A DNA stretch of 64,000 bases from Bigelowiella natans CCMP2755. Taxonomy: Eukaryota > Protista > Cercozoa. Below, in pieces: positions 50,601-63,366 of this stretch (positions are counted from its first letter, which is position 1; each line of letters opens with the position of its first letter). The notes under the pieces are model-generated. The model was given only the letters and a program-made list of their open reading frames with translations. It searched no databases and had not been told where the DNA came from. The stretch spans positions 176,729 to 240,728 of the forward strand of contig ADNK01001860.1 of the NCBI GenBank assembly GCA_000320545.1, read 5' to 3'. The position numbers and the translations under genes are program-made.

Positions 50601-51009
50601 TATATACTGTGTGTCTGTGCGTGTGTGTTTATTTATTTGTGCATGTTTTTTATTTCCTTATTTATCCGTGTATATGATGTTGCAGCATCGGAGCTGTCGG
50701 TCTGCAGAGGTTTCAAGCAAGCTTTAGTGGAAACAAAATCTTGAAGGAAGAGCTGGTATGTTCCGAAATTCTAGTAGTAGTAGTAGTAGTAGTAGTAATA
50801 GTAGATATGCAAATAAATAAATGTACGAAGTTTCAAATGTAACACCCAAAACTACCCATAAATTGTCTGTGCACGCACCATAGAACTCACGCGTCAATCC
50901 AAAAAGGAAAGGGGGGGGGGAGAGGAAAGGGGGGAGAAGGGTATGTTGATGATAAAGTCGAATCTGGGTTGAAAATACATCATCGTCTTGTTTTTTGTTT
51001 TATGCAGCT

Positions 51010-51789
51010 GCGGTTACTACCTTATCTGGGATGTTAGTGAGCTTTGCGATTTGCGCGTACGTGTACGTTTCCGCGCGGTTGTACAGCATCAGTATGCACA
51101 TCTGGTACGTCTGCACGGCTAGTAGCTTATTGCCGTGTTTGAAGTTGCAAAGTACTTCTGCTGTGCCCTGCAGTGAGTAAGTCGTAGACCATCAGCGGGA
51201 AGAAGTAGTAGTTGTAGTAGTAGTAGTAGAAGAAGAAGAAGAAGAAGAAGAAGAAGAAGAAGAAGAAGGAGAAGAAGAAGAAGGAATGAAGGGAGGACGC
51301 AGCGGCATGTAAGGAAAATTCTTTGATCTTTGCCCTTCCCCACCGTATCACCCCGCATGGGATCATTCTCTCCCTCCCTCCCTCCCTCCCCTCCTCTCTC
51401 GCGAGGAAACATGCTGGTCTAAATTGGTTTCTCTCCTCGGTGGTTTCGTTACGAGGTTGAGTAATTTTGCTACGAAGTTGGAGGGGGCACTGACCGACTG
51501 CGTTTGCCACGTTAGCCTTCTCCCCGAGTTTCGAGTTTTGTAAAAAGTTGCAAACTCATCTGTGGCCTTCTTGGCCTCAGGAGGCAAGGTGCAATGCTCC
51601 ATGTTATGTACTGGCCAGAACCCAGTCGTCAAGACCGTCACGTTGATATCGACGTTGCTCTGATCTTTTCCTGATGAGCAGGAGGAGGAGGAAGGAAAGG
51701 AGAGAGGGGGAGGGAGAGAGAGAGGACGATGAGCATATTAGGTAATTTTAAGGAAGGCCATCTATACTGTGTTTGTATTAGCAAAGTAA

Positions 51790-51822
<33 letters not shown>

Positions 51823-54379
51823 TAGTAGCACGCACGTTGGTTCTTGAAAGAAGCCATCAAGTCTGAGCTTATCTGAATATCAGCGAACATGCCCTCTAGC
51901 CTCGATGTGAATTGGTGGCCACACTCTGCTTTGAGCTTTGATATCATCATCTTCTCATCCTCACGATCGCCTGTGATGATAGGCATGAAGCAGAAGATGA
52001 TGATAACGATGATGATGATGATGATGATGATGATGACGATGTTTACGAAGAAGAATGAGCAAGAACAGAGGAATTGACGACGACAAGAAAGGAAAAACTG
52101 CTTAGTCTTTTTAGTATTCTTTCTTCAAGCAATCCTCTCCCCCCCCCCCTCTCCGAACCAACCTGAGTTGTCTATGAGGAGTCGGGATGCTAGATGCTTC
52201 TTGTAAAAGTCCTCAAAAACGTCTTTGTCGGAGAGATATCGGAATATGGAAATGACCTGGATTATGATGATGATGATGATGATGATGATGATGCATTATG
52301 GTATTATGTAGTGGTGGTGATGGGGAGGAGTGATTGCTCGTGATCGGTGCTAGCTACTACTACATGTTATCCCATCGATGGGTTTCCTTTTTCTCCTTGC
52401 AATTATTATAAATACTATCGTCATCATCTTCTTCGTTGTCTCACATCATTGAGAATCTTCTCCCTTTCATCTGGGGACTTTCCTTTGAGGCCCTTACGCA
52501 TCATGTCGTCCAAATATAGTGAAAGATAACGTGCAGCTCGAGAGTCCAGGTTGATGAAGTACTCAAGAGAGTCTTTAAGATCCCTGTGTATGGCGTTTGC
52601 CGCAGAGAGAATGAGCTCTCAAGAAGTGAGAATCAAGGATGAATCACCAAAATTGTACTTCGCATTTGTTTTTTAGTTTCCCAATCGTTGCGATCCTTCT
52701 TACCGAGTGAAGCTGCGGTCCTCCATGAAAGACTCCTTGACGAAAATGTGGAACTTCTTCCGGCAGTTCAGCACTTTTTGTACGAAAAACTTCGGGTGCT
52801 TCAGGTTCTCCAGGTCCTACGACCCGCACAGGAAAACAACAACATCAACAACAACAACAGGATATCGGTTTCCTTCCTTCTCCTACTCCGCCCCCCCAGT
52901 GAAATAATGCCGCACACAACCATATTTGACTTCGTTACGTGTAGGCGTATGCTGTGGTGAATGTTATCTATATTGCCTTGACGATGTTAGTCCCCGTCTT
53001 CTTGACGAGGGAGCTCATGCAACTCCTAATATGCGTCAGCGTTCCAGGCACTCGAGAGAACAAAACGAACATCCGCCTCAGGTCACCCACCATATCGTTG
53101 TGAAACATGTGCACGCAGCCGGTGCTCTTGTTCTCAACAAGCTGCTGCGCGTAGTTTGATATTAACTCCGTTTGGACGACGTGTCTATTTGAAACGGAGG
53201 GGTTGGGGGGGGGGGGAGAAGAGAGAATTCAGATGGTTCATATGTTTACATATATAATAATATATATAATATACGGTTAAGATTCAGTGATATTCTACCT
53301 CAGCTTGGCATGTGTACTTTTGTCTAGGTACTCGAGTGCCCTGTCCTCTTCTTGCCTGATTCTCCTCTCGATCTTCCTTAGATAATCTGCAATCAAGTAT
53401 ATTGCGTGTTCAACTCCAAAATCTATACAATAATAACATTGGGGGGGGGGGGGGGGCAGCGAGGATAAATACCCGAAACCGTGTTTTGCGCCATAAAGTT
53501 CTGCGATTCCTGCTGATAGAATACAGCCGTGGAGCTTAGCAGATCGCTTTCGAATACCGCCTTGTATATGTTTGTGTTGCGGACGTTAATCTGAGCACGC
53601 GTATCACCCTTACTTAATACTAGCGGCCAAAGGGTGAGGACGAAGACACATTACCTCTACTAACATGCACAAGACATTCTTGAGCAGAATCCTATCGACT
53701 GTGCGACCAGTCCGCTCCAAACGGATGTTTTCGAGGAGAAGGGATTTAAGCCGCTGAGGAGTTAAAAAAACGATGATGACCACTAAGTTAATATATACGT
53801 GCTCTTTCCATCAGCAGCATTGAATTACGGCAACTACGTTTGCAACTTGCCCTTCCATGATCACGTGGTCCTTAAAAAGTAGAACTCCCATGTTGTACGC
53901 GGGCTCTTTCTTTTTCAAAAGGCAGTACGTTTTGTCCTGATAGTGGGGGAGACAAGAATCTCGTGAATAAATGGTATCTGGAAATGATGAATGAATGAAT
54001 GAATGAATGAATGAATGAATGGGGCACGCTGAGATCTGACCATATACATCAGCACGTCGTTTATCATAGTCATCACAATTTTGTGATTCTCCCAGGCTTC
54101 AACGATCTTCTCCAGTAGTTGGCCATCCACGGTATTGGACACCTCATTCGAGATCTTCACCAAATTCTCTGCGACGGTCCTTCGAACACCATTGTACAGC
54201 AAGTCTCCATGTTTATGCAGCACCAGGGTGTACGAGTTCCGATAAAGTTCCTCAAAACGTAACTCAGATGCATTTTGATTCTGTATTTCAATAATGGCGG
54301 TTCTTAGGCCACTCCAGATCTTCTCAGCTTGGTCATTTGTGAGACCCGCATTGTTGATATTGAGTACGGATTTGGACAT
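51010..54379 (-). CDS. CUL3: Cullin-3-like scaffold, multi-exon; C-terminal neddylation domain not found
   Basis: [44 protein letters not shown]; [24 protein letters not shown]; [27 protein letters not shown]; [10 protein letters not shown]; SGRRLTWQ; [13 protein letters not shown]. Confidence 0.85.
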
Positions 54380-54584
54380 AAATCACGCTGATGAAGAGAT
54401 AGATATACCGTTACCAAATACTCCCTACTTTGATGAAATAAGCACATTGGAGAGGCATCTAACATAATTTGATCGAATCGTCTCCATCCCCCTCTCCCTT
54501 TTTTCTACTCTCCGAAACGTTGCTTTTTAAGTTCAGGCTATGAGAAGTCAATCGCGAAACATGCATGCTTGCTTGCTAGCCATA

Positions 54585-55490
54585 CGCAAAATCACCTCTC
54601 TTTCCCGATGGGGTTTCTTCTCTCAGCCCCTCACCACATCGCACCCTGCAAACTGGCTTCCACTCACGGCAACACCCTGCTAGCCTGCCCCGATCGTGAC
54701 ACAACCCCAGGAACACTCCACCCTCGAACGGCTGTCGGAAGCCCTGGCAGAGTTCTCCGAAGCCGATGACCCGACGAACAGGGAGATCCAGTCCTCCCTG
54801 TGTGTGCGATCTTTTCAGAGACAAACCCTCATAGATGACGTTCGCTCGCGACATCGCATTCGACACGCCGTCATCAAAACACTCGACCTAGCGACGAGCA
54901 CACCTGGAGCACTGCTAGACTGTGCGCGAGACCGTGGCAGGGTTGGGAACGCTGTCCCCAATGGAGCAGAAAACGCGAGACAGTGCAAGGATGCTGCCGG
55001 ATGGGCGGCCCACATTTGCGGGGGAGGATGACCCCGGATGTCTAGATGTGCGGACGCCGCTGGTCAATGAAGTCACCGAGTGAGATGAACACACAGGTGT
55101 GTGCGCACGCAGCGCACATCGTCACGTTGACAGTTGGACTGACAATGTTCACGCGTGGCCAACTAGGAGGGGCGGGTGAATCACTTTGCATTCAGAGTTG
55201 CAGATCTTTTGGGCGACAAAAGTGGAGCACAATCATCAGTGTCGATCCACAAGAGTGTCCGATGCGATTGCAACGATTCGTCGCACACTGCGCCGGCTGC
55301 AATGGGCACTTTCCAGCCTCGCGATCGCTCATTGCACCAAAAAATTCTCATTGATCATTTTCCGCATGCATGCACAATGATGTTGCGACTGTGAGTCCAT
55401 GGGTCTAGAGAGGTGTGCGCAATGAGGATGTGCATTTGAAGCAGCCATTGGCTGTCGTGTGTGTGTGTGTGTGCTGTGTGTGAGCTAGTG
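54585..55490. mobile_element. TpA-depleted relic, probably a mobile-element fragment (class not determined)
   Basis: 8 TA in about 900 bp, 7 of them in CTAG. Contains a Tyr-free coding-like stretch (54696-55031). Composition matches the other islands, but no termini or second copy were seen. Confidence 0.45.
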
Positions 55491-55703
55491 TGTACGCTAG
55501 TACGTACTAGTGTGTGTTGTGCAGGCATCATCTAGTCATGCATCGCATCCTGTCAAGGTGCATTATGTGATGCAGTTGAGGCGCCATGATGTGTAGTTGT
55601 CAATGTTCGCTTTGCATGCTCTTGTCAATGTTGTCTCTCATGTGCTCAACACGATTGACATGAGGGAATGAATATTGTGTCACGAAGCCATCGCTTTCAT
55701 TTT

Positions 55704-56462
55704 TTATCCTTTCGCCTTTCGCTGCTGCTCCGTCTGAAATCCCATCCAGTGCATCTTCGCATTTGCAAGTTCCATTGCTTCCTGCTTCCGAATGCCCATG
55801 CTAATGAAGTCGCTCAATGTTGCTGAAAAGAGCTCCTCTTTGGATGCGCAATCCTGATCTTCGATTATTATCTTGGCAAGATGGGGGAGTTTCATGTAGC
55901 GTAGCAACTCCTGGACCTCCTCCTTGTGTAACTTTCTTTCCTTGACAGAGGGAACAGGAAGCACTCTTGAGAAGTCCAGGGTTGTTGAGCTAGGGTTAGC
56001 AGAATGCGTGGGTAGGATGAGAGTGGAAGGAGCAGAGGGTAAAGCCGAAGGGAGAAGCTGCATTGGAAACATCTGGTTCGCACTCACTAGCTGTTGTTGT
56101 TGTTGTTGCTGCTGCTGATGATGATGATGAGAAGGATAGGGTAACGTGGAAATATTGCGTGATACTGCTAGTGGAGGTGCGAGAGAGAATCGATTGCCAG
56201 ACTGCAACAGTGCTGGTGACTGGTGAACAGATGTCGGTAAAAGTGGGGGCAGGACGACGGAGTGTGCTGAAGAAGCTACAACCTTTGATGGCACCGAGAA
56301 GGGTGATGGGGGGGGCAAGGGCGGTGGTGATGGGGGGGGAGCATGGAAGGAGAGAATCCCAGCAGGTTGCGGTGCTATCGGTAGTAACAACGTGGACGGG
56401 GGCTCCGGGATAGTTGAGGATGCTATTGATTCTACGAGTTTCCTCTTCCTCTTACTTAGCAC
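55704..56462 (-). CDS. Last exon of a Pro/Gln-rich protein with a C-terminal SAM-like domain (upstream exons probably at 56.7-57.6 kb)
   Basis: EEVQELLRYMKLPHLAKIIIEDQDCASKEELFSATLSDFISMGIR fits the SAM pattern V..LL..L.L..Y...F......L..L...DL..MGI. Confidence 0.5.
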   Translation of the reverse strand: MLSKRKRKLVESIASSTIPEPPSTLLLPIAPQPAGILSFHAPPPSPPPLPPPSPFSVPSKVVASSAHSVVLPPLLPTSVHQSPALLQSGNRFSLAPPLAVSRNISTLPYPSHHHHQQQQQQQQQLVSANQMFPMQLLPSALPSAPSTLILPTHSANPSSTTLDFSRVLPVPSVKERKLHKEEVQELLRYMKLPHLAKIIIEDQDCASKEELFSATLSDFISMGIRKQEAMELANAKMHWMGFQTEQQRKAKG

Positions 56463-58686
56463 AGCGACGTTGCAGCCTGACGTAGTATCTCGTTAATAAA
56501 CACAATCACATCGCACATCACCTCCCCCATGAATAACGAGGGCGAGCGAGAGAGAGAGAAAGAGAGGGGGGAAGGGGGGAGGGGGAGGGAAAAATAGGAA
56601 TAATAGCACATAAAGCAAGCATACTCTGCATTATGTTGTGTCTGTGTGAGAAAGAGAGAGAGAGAGAGGGGGCGAGCAGGTGTACAAAGCAAAGCTAGCG
56701 ACCTTTATTGTTAGCATCCATCATTTTCCTCACCCCACCAATAATCAGCTGTTGGAGCTGTTGGAGAACCAACCCTGCACAACTTAGGGTTTCTTGAACG
56801 ACTAGCCCAGCACCGAACTGGGAGCGGGACAGCTAGCCAGCACAAGTGCGAGCAAATCTATAATTCCGACCGATCGGACGACGAAACCTAATGACTCAAA
56901 TGGGCCCCATTTTCTAGGATTTCACTCGAACAAGGAACACTTGATGCCACGAGGAAACTAACCCCCAAATTTTGGTTTGCGACACAAGAAGTTTGATGTC
57001 GCTCTGTTGAATTTATATGTTGGAAGTAAAGAATAGAAGAAGAAGATCTTCTCCGTATTCCGACGAATCTTCGCTCACACATCCATGCTCCTCGCGCTTC
57101 TTAACACCTTGAACCTCGTTCTATGGGCCAGTGTCTGGTACGATCACGTTCCTCCCCTCTCTCTCTCTCTGCAATATTTCACCATCCTATTCAAAAATAT
57201 ACGGTTAAGTTGGGTCCAATGGCAGGTACCTCGGGCTCAAAGTTTACGGGGATCTGCCTGATGACGCTAATGTCCCAATGCAATTCGGGATATATGGGCA
57301 AATCAACTGGTGATAGCGGCGTTACACTTGTTAGGTTGCTCTATTTATGTATCAAATAAAGTATTTCGCAAATAGGACGATGAAAGGCCGCGCTTGGGTG
57401 TTTTTGTATCCTGGAATATCAACGTCAATATTTCTCAGCTCCTTCGTGGTGGGCCCAGCTAGCGGAGGGATCACCTGATCCTTTTGACGTTGCCATTTAA
57501 TTAGGTCTTATATCTTCCCAAAAATGGAGATAACGTAAAGGTAAGCTGCAAATGATTACCTTGTTCGCATCCTGTATCTAAATTACATCATGAATCTGAA
57601 TTATGTTATTATCGAAAGAAAACCACGCTAGACATAACCAAGTTTCTGATGGCGAAAGTTTCTCTAGTGGTTCAGGTAGCGCAGCTTGGTTATATACTTG
57701 TTGCGACTAAGCGACTAAGAAATTATGATAATGACCGATGATCACATGATTAAATTGAAATTCGAAGCATAGACCCGAGCATATGGTCGGCATTTACCGC
57801 AGGCGATGATGCTTCTGATCCTCTTCTTAACGCCTACTATGGGGAAAGAGTTCAAGGTTTGCTTATATGTTTATACCATAGCCATGTAGCATCAAATAGA
57901 GTTTATTCTAGGAGCTACCAGCCTGGGCTCCCTCGGGCCTCGTTGCTTTCCTTGCTGGAAGCATGTCAATGTACATGTAAGTTTGTTGCCGAAAATATTT
58001 ATGCTTTTTGTACCTGCTCCCGCTTGAATTATTGTTATGAACTTATAGCCGTAAGATATCCATGCTAAGTTCTTAGTGCCGTTTTCGTAATTTTTCCCGA
58101 GCTCGGTCAGTTGCCTACAATTAATCCAGTAAAATGTTACATTGTTCGTGGGTTAGATATTCAATGGCAGTCCTAGAAAGTTTAAATGTCAGGGGGGAAA
58201 AGGAAGGCAAAGATGAATGAATGTCCTCACATCTTGGTCCCAATTCCAACAAATTGTTGAAAGACGATATAAAGGCAAGTATACAGACTCACACATGGCT
58301 ATCTAGCTATGTGAGACCGATGTAATGAAAAATTCGTTCAATGGTCAATCTTGAGAAGGCGTTGGTAATACTACGCGTGGCTATGCATGTACACAACAAA
58401 CATGTAAATTTACATAGTCTGACATGCTATGTACATGTACTTCATGAGCATGCATTCTGCCATGCAACTAATGTGTGAATAAATAAGTGGCTGGTCATCG
58501 TATAATCGGATATCACGTTCGTCGCGTGTGAAAAAAACTCTAGGACTCTACAACTGGTCGCCATGGCATGTAAGTCGTGAATGGGTCATCACACATACCT
58601 AGATACGCATTCCCAACTAGCTAGCTATGCATAGCTAGCTAGATCCGATGTCCATTCGTCATCGATGTTGCCGATCATGTGCGTTT

Positions 58687-58725
<39 letters not shown>

Positions 58726-59523
58726 CATATGCACCCAACAGACACCACACATGTGCACACACACGTACACTACAACACAACAACATGCATGCATGCATGT
58801 GCATCCATGTTCACATTCACACATACGTCTAGCTAGACATGCACGTGTGTACATGCTGTGTAGCATGGATGCATAGCACAAGCATGTGACCATAGTGCCA
58901 TGTAACATGTTGAAGCATACATGCTAGCAGTATAGCAGGCGCGAATGTGACGTTACCCATGCTAGATATTAATCAATGCCAGACTGTTCTAGCTAGCTAG
59001 TGCTTGTGTACTAGTATACTAGCGCACACGTGGCTGTGTGTTGATCCACGCTAGCATGCGCATGTCCAGCTCTAATACTAGCTGAAGCTAGATGTGTGTG
59101 TACTTGTATGACATCAATGGCATGTATCACACGCACGTGTGCAATGTGCATGTTGTACACGTGCGATGCATGAATCTGTCCTGCACATGCACACATGTCT
59201 AGATCTAGAGATGTGCGAACACGTGTAATAAACATATCTGTATGAAAAGGTTAATAAGCACATTCACCTGACTTATCATATGATGGTAGTACACGTATTG
59301 ACTGATGAGAAGGTAATGGGTGGCCTTGATTTTTTTTTTTTTACATAGAGCAATGATGCAATGACGTTTTTTAAGGCCTCCAAGTGACTTAGTTACTCTT
59401 GTATTACAATTTCAGGCAACTATGTTGACAGACGGACTAAATGTTTTTGAAGACGTGAAGCTAGCTTGAACCGAATGAATGAACCTCAATACGTGCAGAT
59501 CTCTACATCCGCATGCGAGATGT

Positions 59524-60357
59524 CTAGAGTTTTGGAAGTTCTTTGATGAGCTCACCAACCTTTTCCTTGTCATAGTCAGGCTTAGGCGTTGCTAGAAAGT
59601 TTGGATCAACTTCCTTAATGGTCTCCTTGAAGTTTTCATCAGTCAATGATAGAGCAGCCTTTTCCTCAGTGTTGAGAATCTCTCTCCAGGTGTCCACGAT
59701 GGTCTCGTGATTAATGAGTTCCTGCGCAATAATTCCAGCGAGGGAGATCATTGCAAGACGCCCATTGTTTAGCTCCTTGTTCTTCAACTCAGCGATCTCT
59801 TCGGCAGACTTGCCTTCAAGAACGTTAAGAGGATCGAAACCAATATCACCAGGGACATACTCGTCTTTCAAGGTGAAAATGCCTCCACCCTTTGTCGGAT
59901 CCGACCAGCCGTAAGTAGATCTGTAGGATTCAAAGAGGGAAATAGAGAAAAGGAGAGCTTTCCAGAACCCAGGGTACTTGTCGTCAATTTGCTGGAAGTG
60001 GTCAATTGCAGGGCCAGTAATGTCACCGCCGAATAGTGGGTGGAAAGATTCAGCGGTAAGGAACCCAAGAGCGGAGAGCATAGCAACGCGACCATGGGTG
60101 AGCTCAGCCTCGCGCCATCGCTTGAGCTGCTGTTCATCGGTGCTAGCTGCCAGGTTGAGAGGGTCGAATTCCGGAACTGGGCCAGTGGAACCGGTTGGAA
60201 GGCTGCTAAGATCAGCGTTCATCCTTGTCTTTCGCGAGAGACGATTGTTTAATGCCATGCGTCTACGAGGGATGTTCTTCAGTGAGCGAGTAGACATGCG
60301 TCCCGTAGAGGGAGCAGCGTTAACAGCCAGAGCAGCAAGGACGAGAGTGTAGATCAT
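59524..60357 (-). CDS. LHCX: Light-harvesting complex protein of the LHCX/LI818 (LHCSR) stress-related clade with bipartite plastid targeting
   Basis: FDPLNL, WREAELTHGRVAML, FHPLFGGDITGPAIDHFQQI, GWSDP...LKDEYVPGDIGFDPL, KELNNGRLAMI. Signal peptide plus Arg-rich transit peptide. Intronless. Confidence 0.9.
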   Translation of the reverse strand: MIYTLVLAALAVNAAPSTGRMSTRSLKNIPRRRMALNNRLSRKTRMNADLSSLPTGSTGPVPEFDPLNLAASTDEQQLKRWREAELTHGRVAMLSALGFLTAESFHPLFGGDITGPAIDHFQQIDDKYPGFWKALLFSISLFESYRSTYGWSDPTKGGGIFTLKDEYVPGDIGFDPLNVLEGKSAEEIAELKNKELNNGRLAMISLAGIIAQELINHETIVDTWREILNTEEKAALSLTDENFKETIKEVDPNFLATPKPDYDKEKVGELIKELPKL

Positions 60358-61269
60358 TCCGGAACCAGTAGAGAAGCGGTTTGAGGTTTGTGTTCGGGAG
60401 AAGCGGTGCGGCTGGTTGGACGTCCGGCAATTTCAACGTTAATTTAGAATAAATTTCCTTGCGTCAATCCGTTCGCACATTTTCATTGAAAAATAGCTTG
60501 CGTTTGTTGAAAGAGAATTAGCAACCGGGAGATTCCGGAAAGATTTACTGACAAAAAGTACCCATTTGTTACCTTTTCTCTGTGAAAATCAATGGTGGAA
60601 ATCGCTCGTAGGCTGAGTTCTCCCCCTTTGCATTCACATCAACAAACATCTACAGCAAATTGCCTACGTTTTCAATAGAACCAGAAGAACGCAATCGCGA
60701 ATTCTTCTGGAAGGCAACGACCTCTATTAGACGGCCTTTAAGGACGTCGCGATAGAAGAGACCTTGCCTAAATCTGGACATTCCCAGTGTTACCTCGGGT
60801 AGAGATTTTACCTAACTCTGGACATTTCCCGTGTTACCTCAGGCAGCTGGGCGGCGTGTTTCGGCATCACGATTCAGACCAAGAAAATTTTTTAATGGAA
60901 TTTACACCGACAAAATGAAGGGGTATCTTTGCTGTGTTTGTGAGAAAGCCGATTCGCAAACCATTTCTGGGATTTGTCCGAGTTGAAAAGAGCATCATCA
61001 TTTGAAAGTAAATCCTATTCGAACTACATTTAAAAAGCCCCGTTTTCTAATTTAAATACGACGTCGAATGTTCAGCACGTATCTTGTGTATTTTTTCTAG
61101 AAGTTTTCTTAATAGCGACCTTGGTGTCCTGAACCTTTCGGCGTCCATTGTCGTCCATCTGTGAATTTACTGCAAAAATGCACAAGAGACCGGCGTTCTC
61201 GACTGAAAGTCCGAGAAAAAGAACGAAAGAGAAATACTAGGAAATCCCCATCCTATTTCTGACAGAGAC

Positions 61270-61830
61270 ATGGATAATTTAGCTTATTCTCTCAATAAAA
61301 CAACAAAACACCTCCCAAGAATGGTGTCCACGCCTCGTCCACTCCACCACAGCTCGTCCCTGCAAGTGACCATGAGGCCACTCCTTCTCGCAACCATCGC
61401 CTGCTTGTCTGGTTTTACTATCTTAATACAAGGGTTTGGAACGATAAAGCTTGGGCTTTGTGCCCGTGCAACAAAGAGCTTCCCGTCGAGTACATTGTTA
61501 CCGTCGACGTCGTCGCTTTCTCGCTGCTCTAGCCGACAGAGCCAAGTTCAATTTAGCTCCTCTCTACGCTTTTCAAAAGTAAAAACAAATGCAGGCTTCG
61601 GATCTCCGACAGAAACCTCGTCTTCTAGTGGTGAGAGAACACTGCATTCTTTAGAGTGAGAATCGTGTGATTGATGATACACCTGCGCCCTCAGAAAAAA
61701 AGATACCGCAAGACCTCGCATTGATGACTTCCCTGCTTCCAAAGGCAATTTTAATATGAATAACCTATTTGTATGTGTGTGTGTGTGTGTGTTTGAGTGG
61801 AATAACTCTAGATAATCTTGCTCGTTCTTT

Positions 61831-61876
<46 letters not shown>

Positions 61877-63366
61877 ATCTTTGTCTTTCTTACTCCGCCT
61901 CTCTCCTTTATTGTGACTGTCCCTTGCAACTGTATTTAATCTTTGTATGACTTATTCACACGCTCGTCGAAACGCTAGAATCTTATAAATAACATTCTCT
62001 TTTACATGAAGCTCGGGCAAGCGAAGTGCTACGGTGTGGATCCGAGGGATTACATCGAACAGCCACCTATTGAGTCAAAGGTGATATGAAATAACAGTGG
62101 TATCAGTAAGGATATGGATGGAATCAACGGCGCATGAAACCACATCATTGATAAGGTTTCAATAGGAATTGAGAATAACTTCGCTACTGTGTTTAGATTG
62201 CTTCTAGTATTGATGGCATCGCAGCCAAACTCGAAGAAAATTTTGCGAAACGTGGCGGGTGACTTAAAAGAATTATATATTAAAATACACAGTATAATCT
62301 CAACTATACTTACCTTCCCATTCATCGTAGTTTTCATCATGATTACGTCATTATCCAGTATTTTTCTCGCCGTCCGAACCCAGTCACCAACAAGTGATCT
62401 ACCAGTCATGATGACGTTTCCTACGAATCATCTTTAGGTACAGCGTTACAGAGTGGAAAGGCGCCCTTGCAGGAGAGTGGCAGCTGGTAAGTAGCACGCT
62501 GCAGAAGTATATATATTTAAAGATACGACTGAATTATCACACTCACACTCTTCATCGAGGTCGCCACTGTGACAATCTCCTTCACTAAAGCATCATCGTC
62601 ATTCTTGCCTCACATGGCCCTCATCGCCATCATAATTATTTACATTACCTGGCCATGCTACAGCCATGCCTTGCGCTTCGCCGCATACTCAAAAACCTAT
62701 AAAAGCAGCCTCCTAATCCTGATCGCATAATCACGCCCTCCCCAGCTATTCACAACATCGAAGCAGTATCGAGACAACCGCGGGGTGACGGGTCTGAGCG
62801 GCCTACCAGGATACGGTCTCAAGGGTGTTTATCAACGAATTATTCCTGGTAAAAGATAACACAGGGAACACAAACAATGGGCGAGAAAGAAAGTCGTGAG
62901 AAGAAAAGGGTTGAGGGGGGCCAGGGACTTAAAGTAGAGCAAGTTTCCATTGCTTCTTCTGCGATCCATCGGTTCCGTGATTGCCTTTTCCCTGTATTCA
63001 TTTCCGCTCTCATCCCCCTCACTATCTAATTCGCAACAACCATATGGTTATCATCATCTAGTTGAGGATGACGATAATATCGACGGGAAATCTGTGATGA
63101 TTGAGGTAGTAGTAGTTTTGAGGAGGGGAGGGGCACAGAGGAGGAGGAGGAGGGACTTACTTCGGAGGGCTTAACTTATTTTGTTAATCTTGTTTCCAAC
63201 AATTCATTCTCTTCCTCTTGCTCTTCCTTTTTTCTCTTGTTTCCAACAACATATTCTCCTCCTCTTTTCTCTTCCTCTTTGCCCCCCCCCTCTTCCTTCT
63301 CCACAACAAGGTGCTAACAGCTCCCTTCGGTAAAGCGACGAAGAACGAACTCAGAGGCGCGTACAA
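61270..63366 (+). CDS. Plastid-targeted PAP/fibrillin-like protein, multi-exon, 3' end unresolved
   Basis: Hydrophobic signal plus Ser/Arg-rich transit peptide; exons WKGALAGEWQL, GVTGLSGLPGYGLKGVYQRI, VLTAPFGKATKNELRGAYK. Confidence 0.5.

Noticed and set aside
60773-60840. Short imperfect duplication TCTGGACATT..GTGTTACCTC in the LHCX/fibrillin divergent promoter
   Set aside because: Only two ~24-bp copies; it could be a cis-element but nothing in the sequence supports a function.
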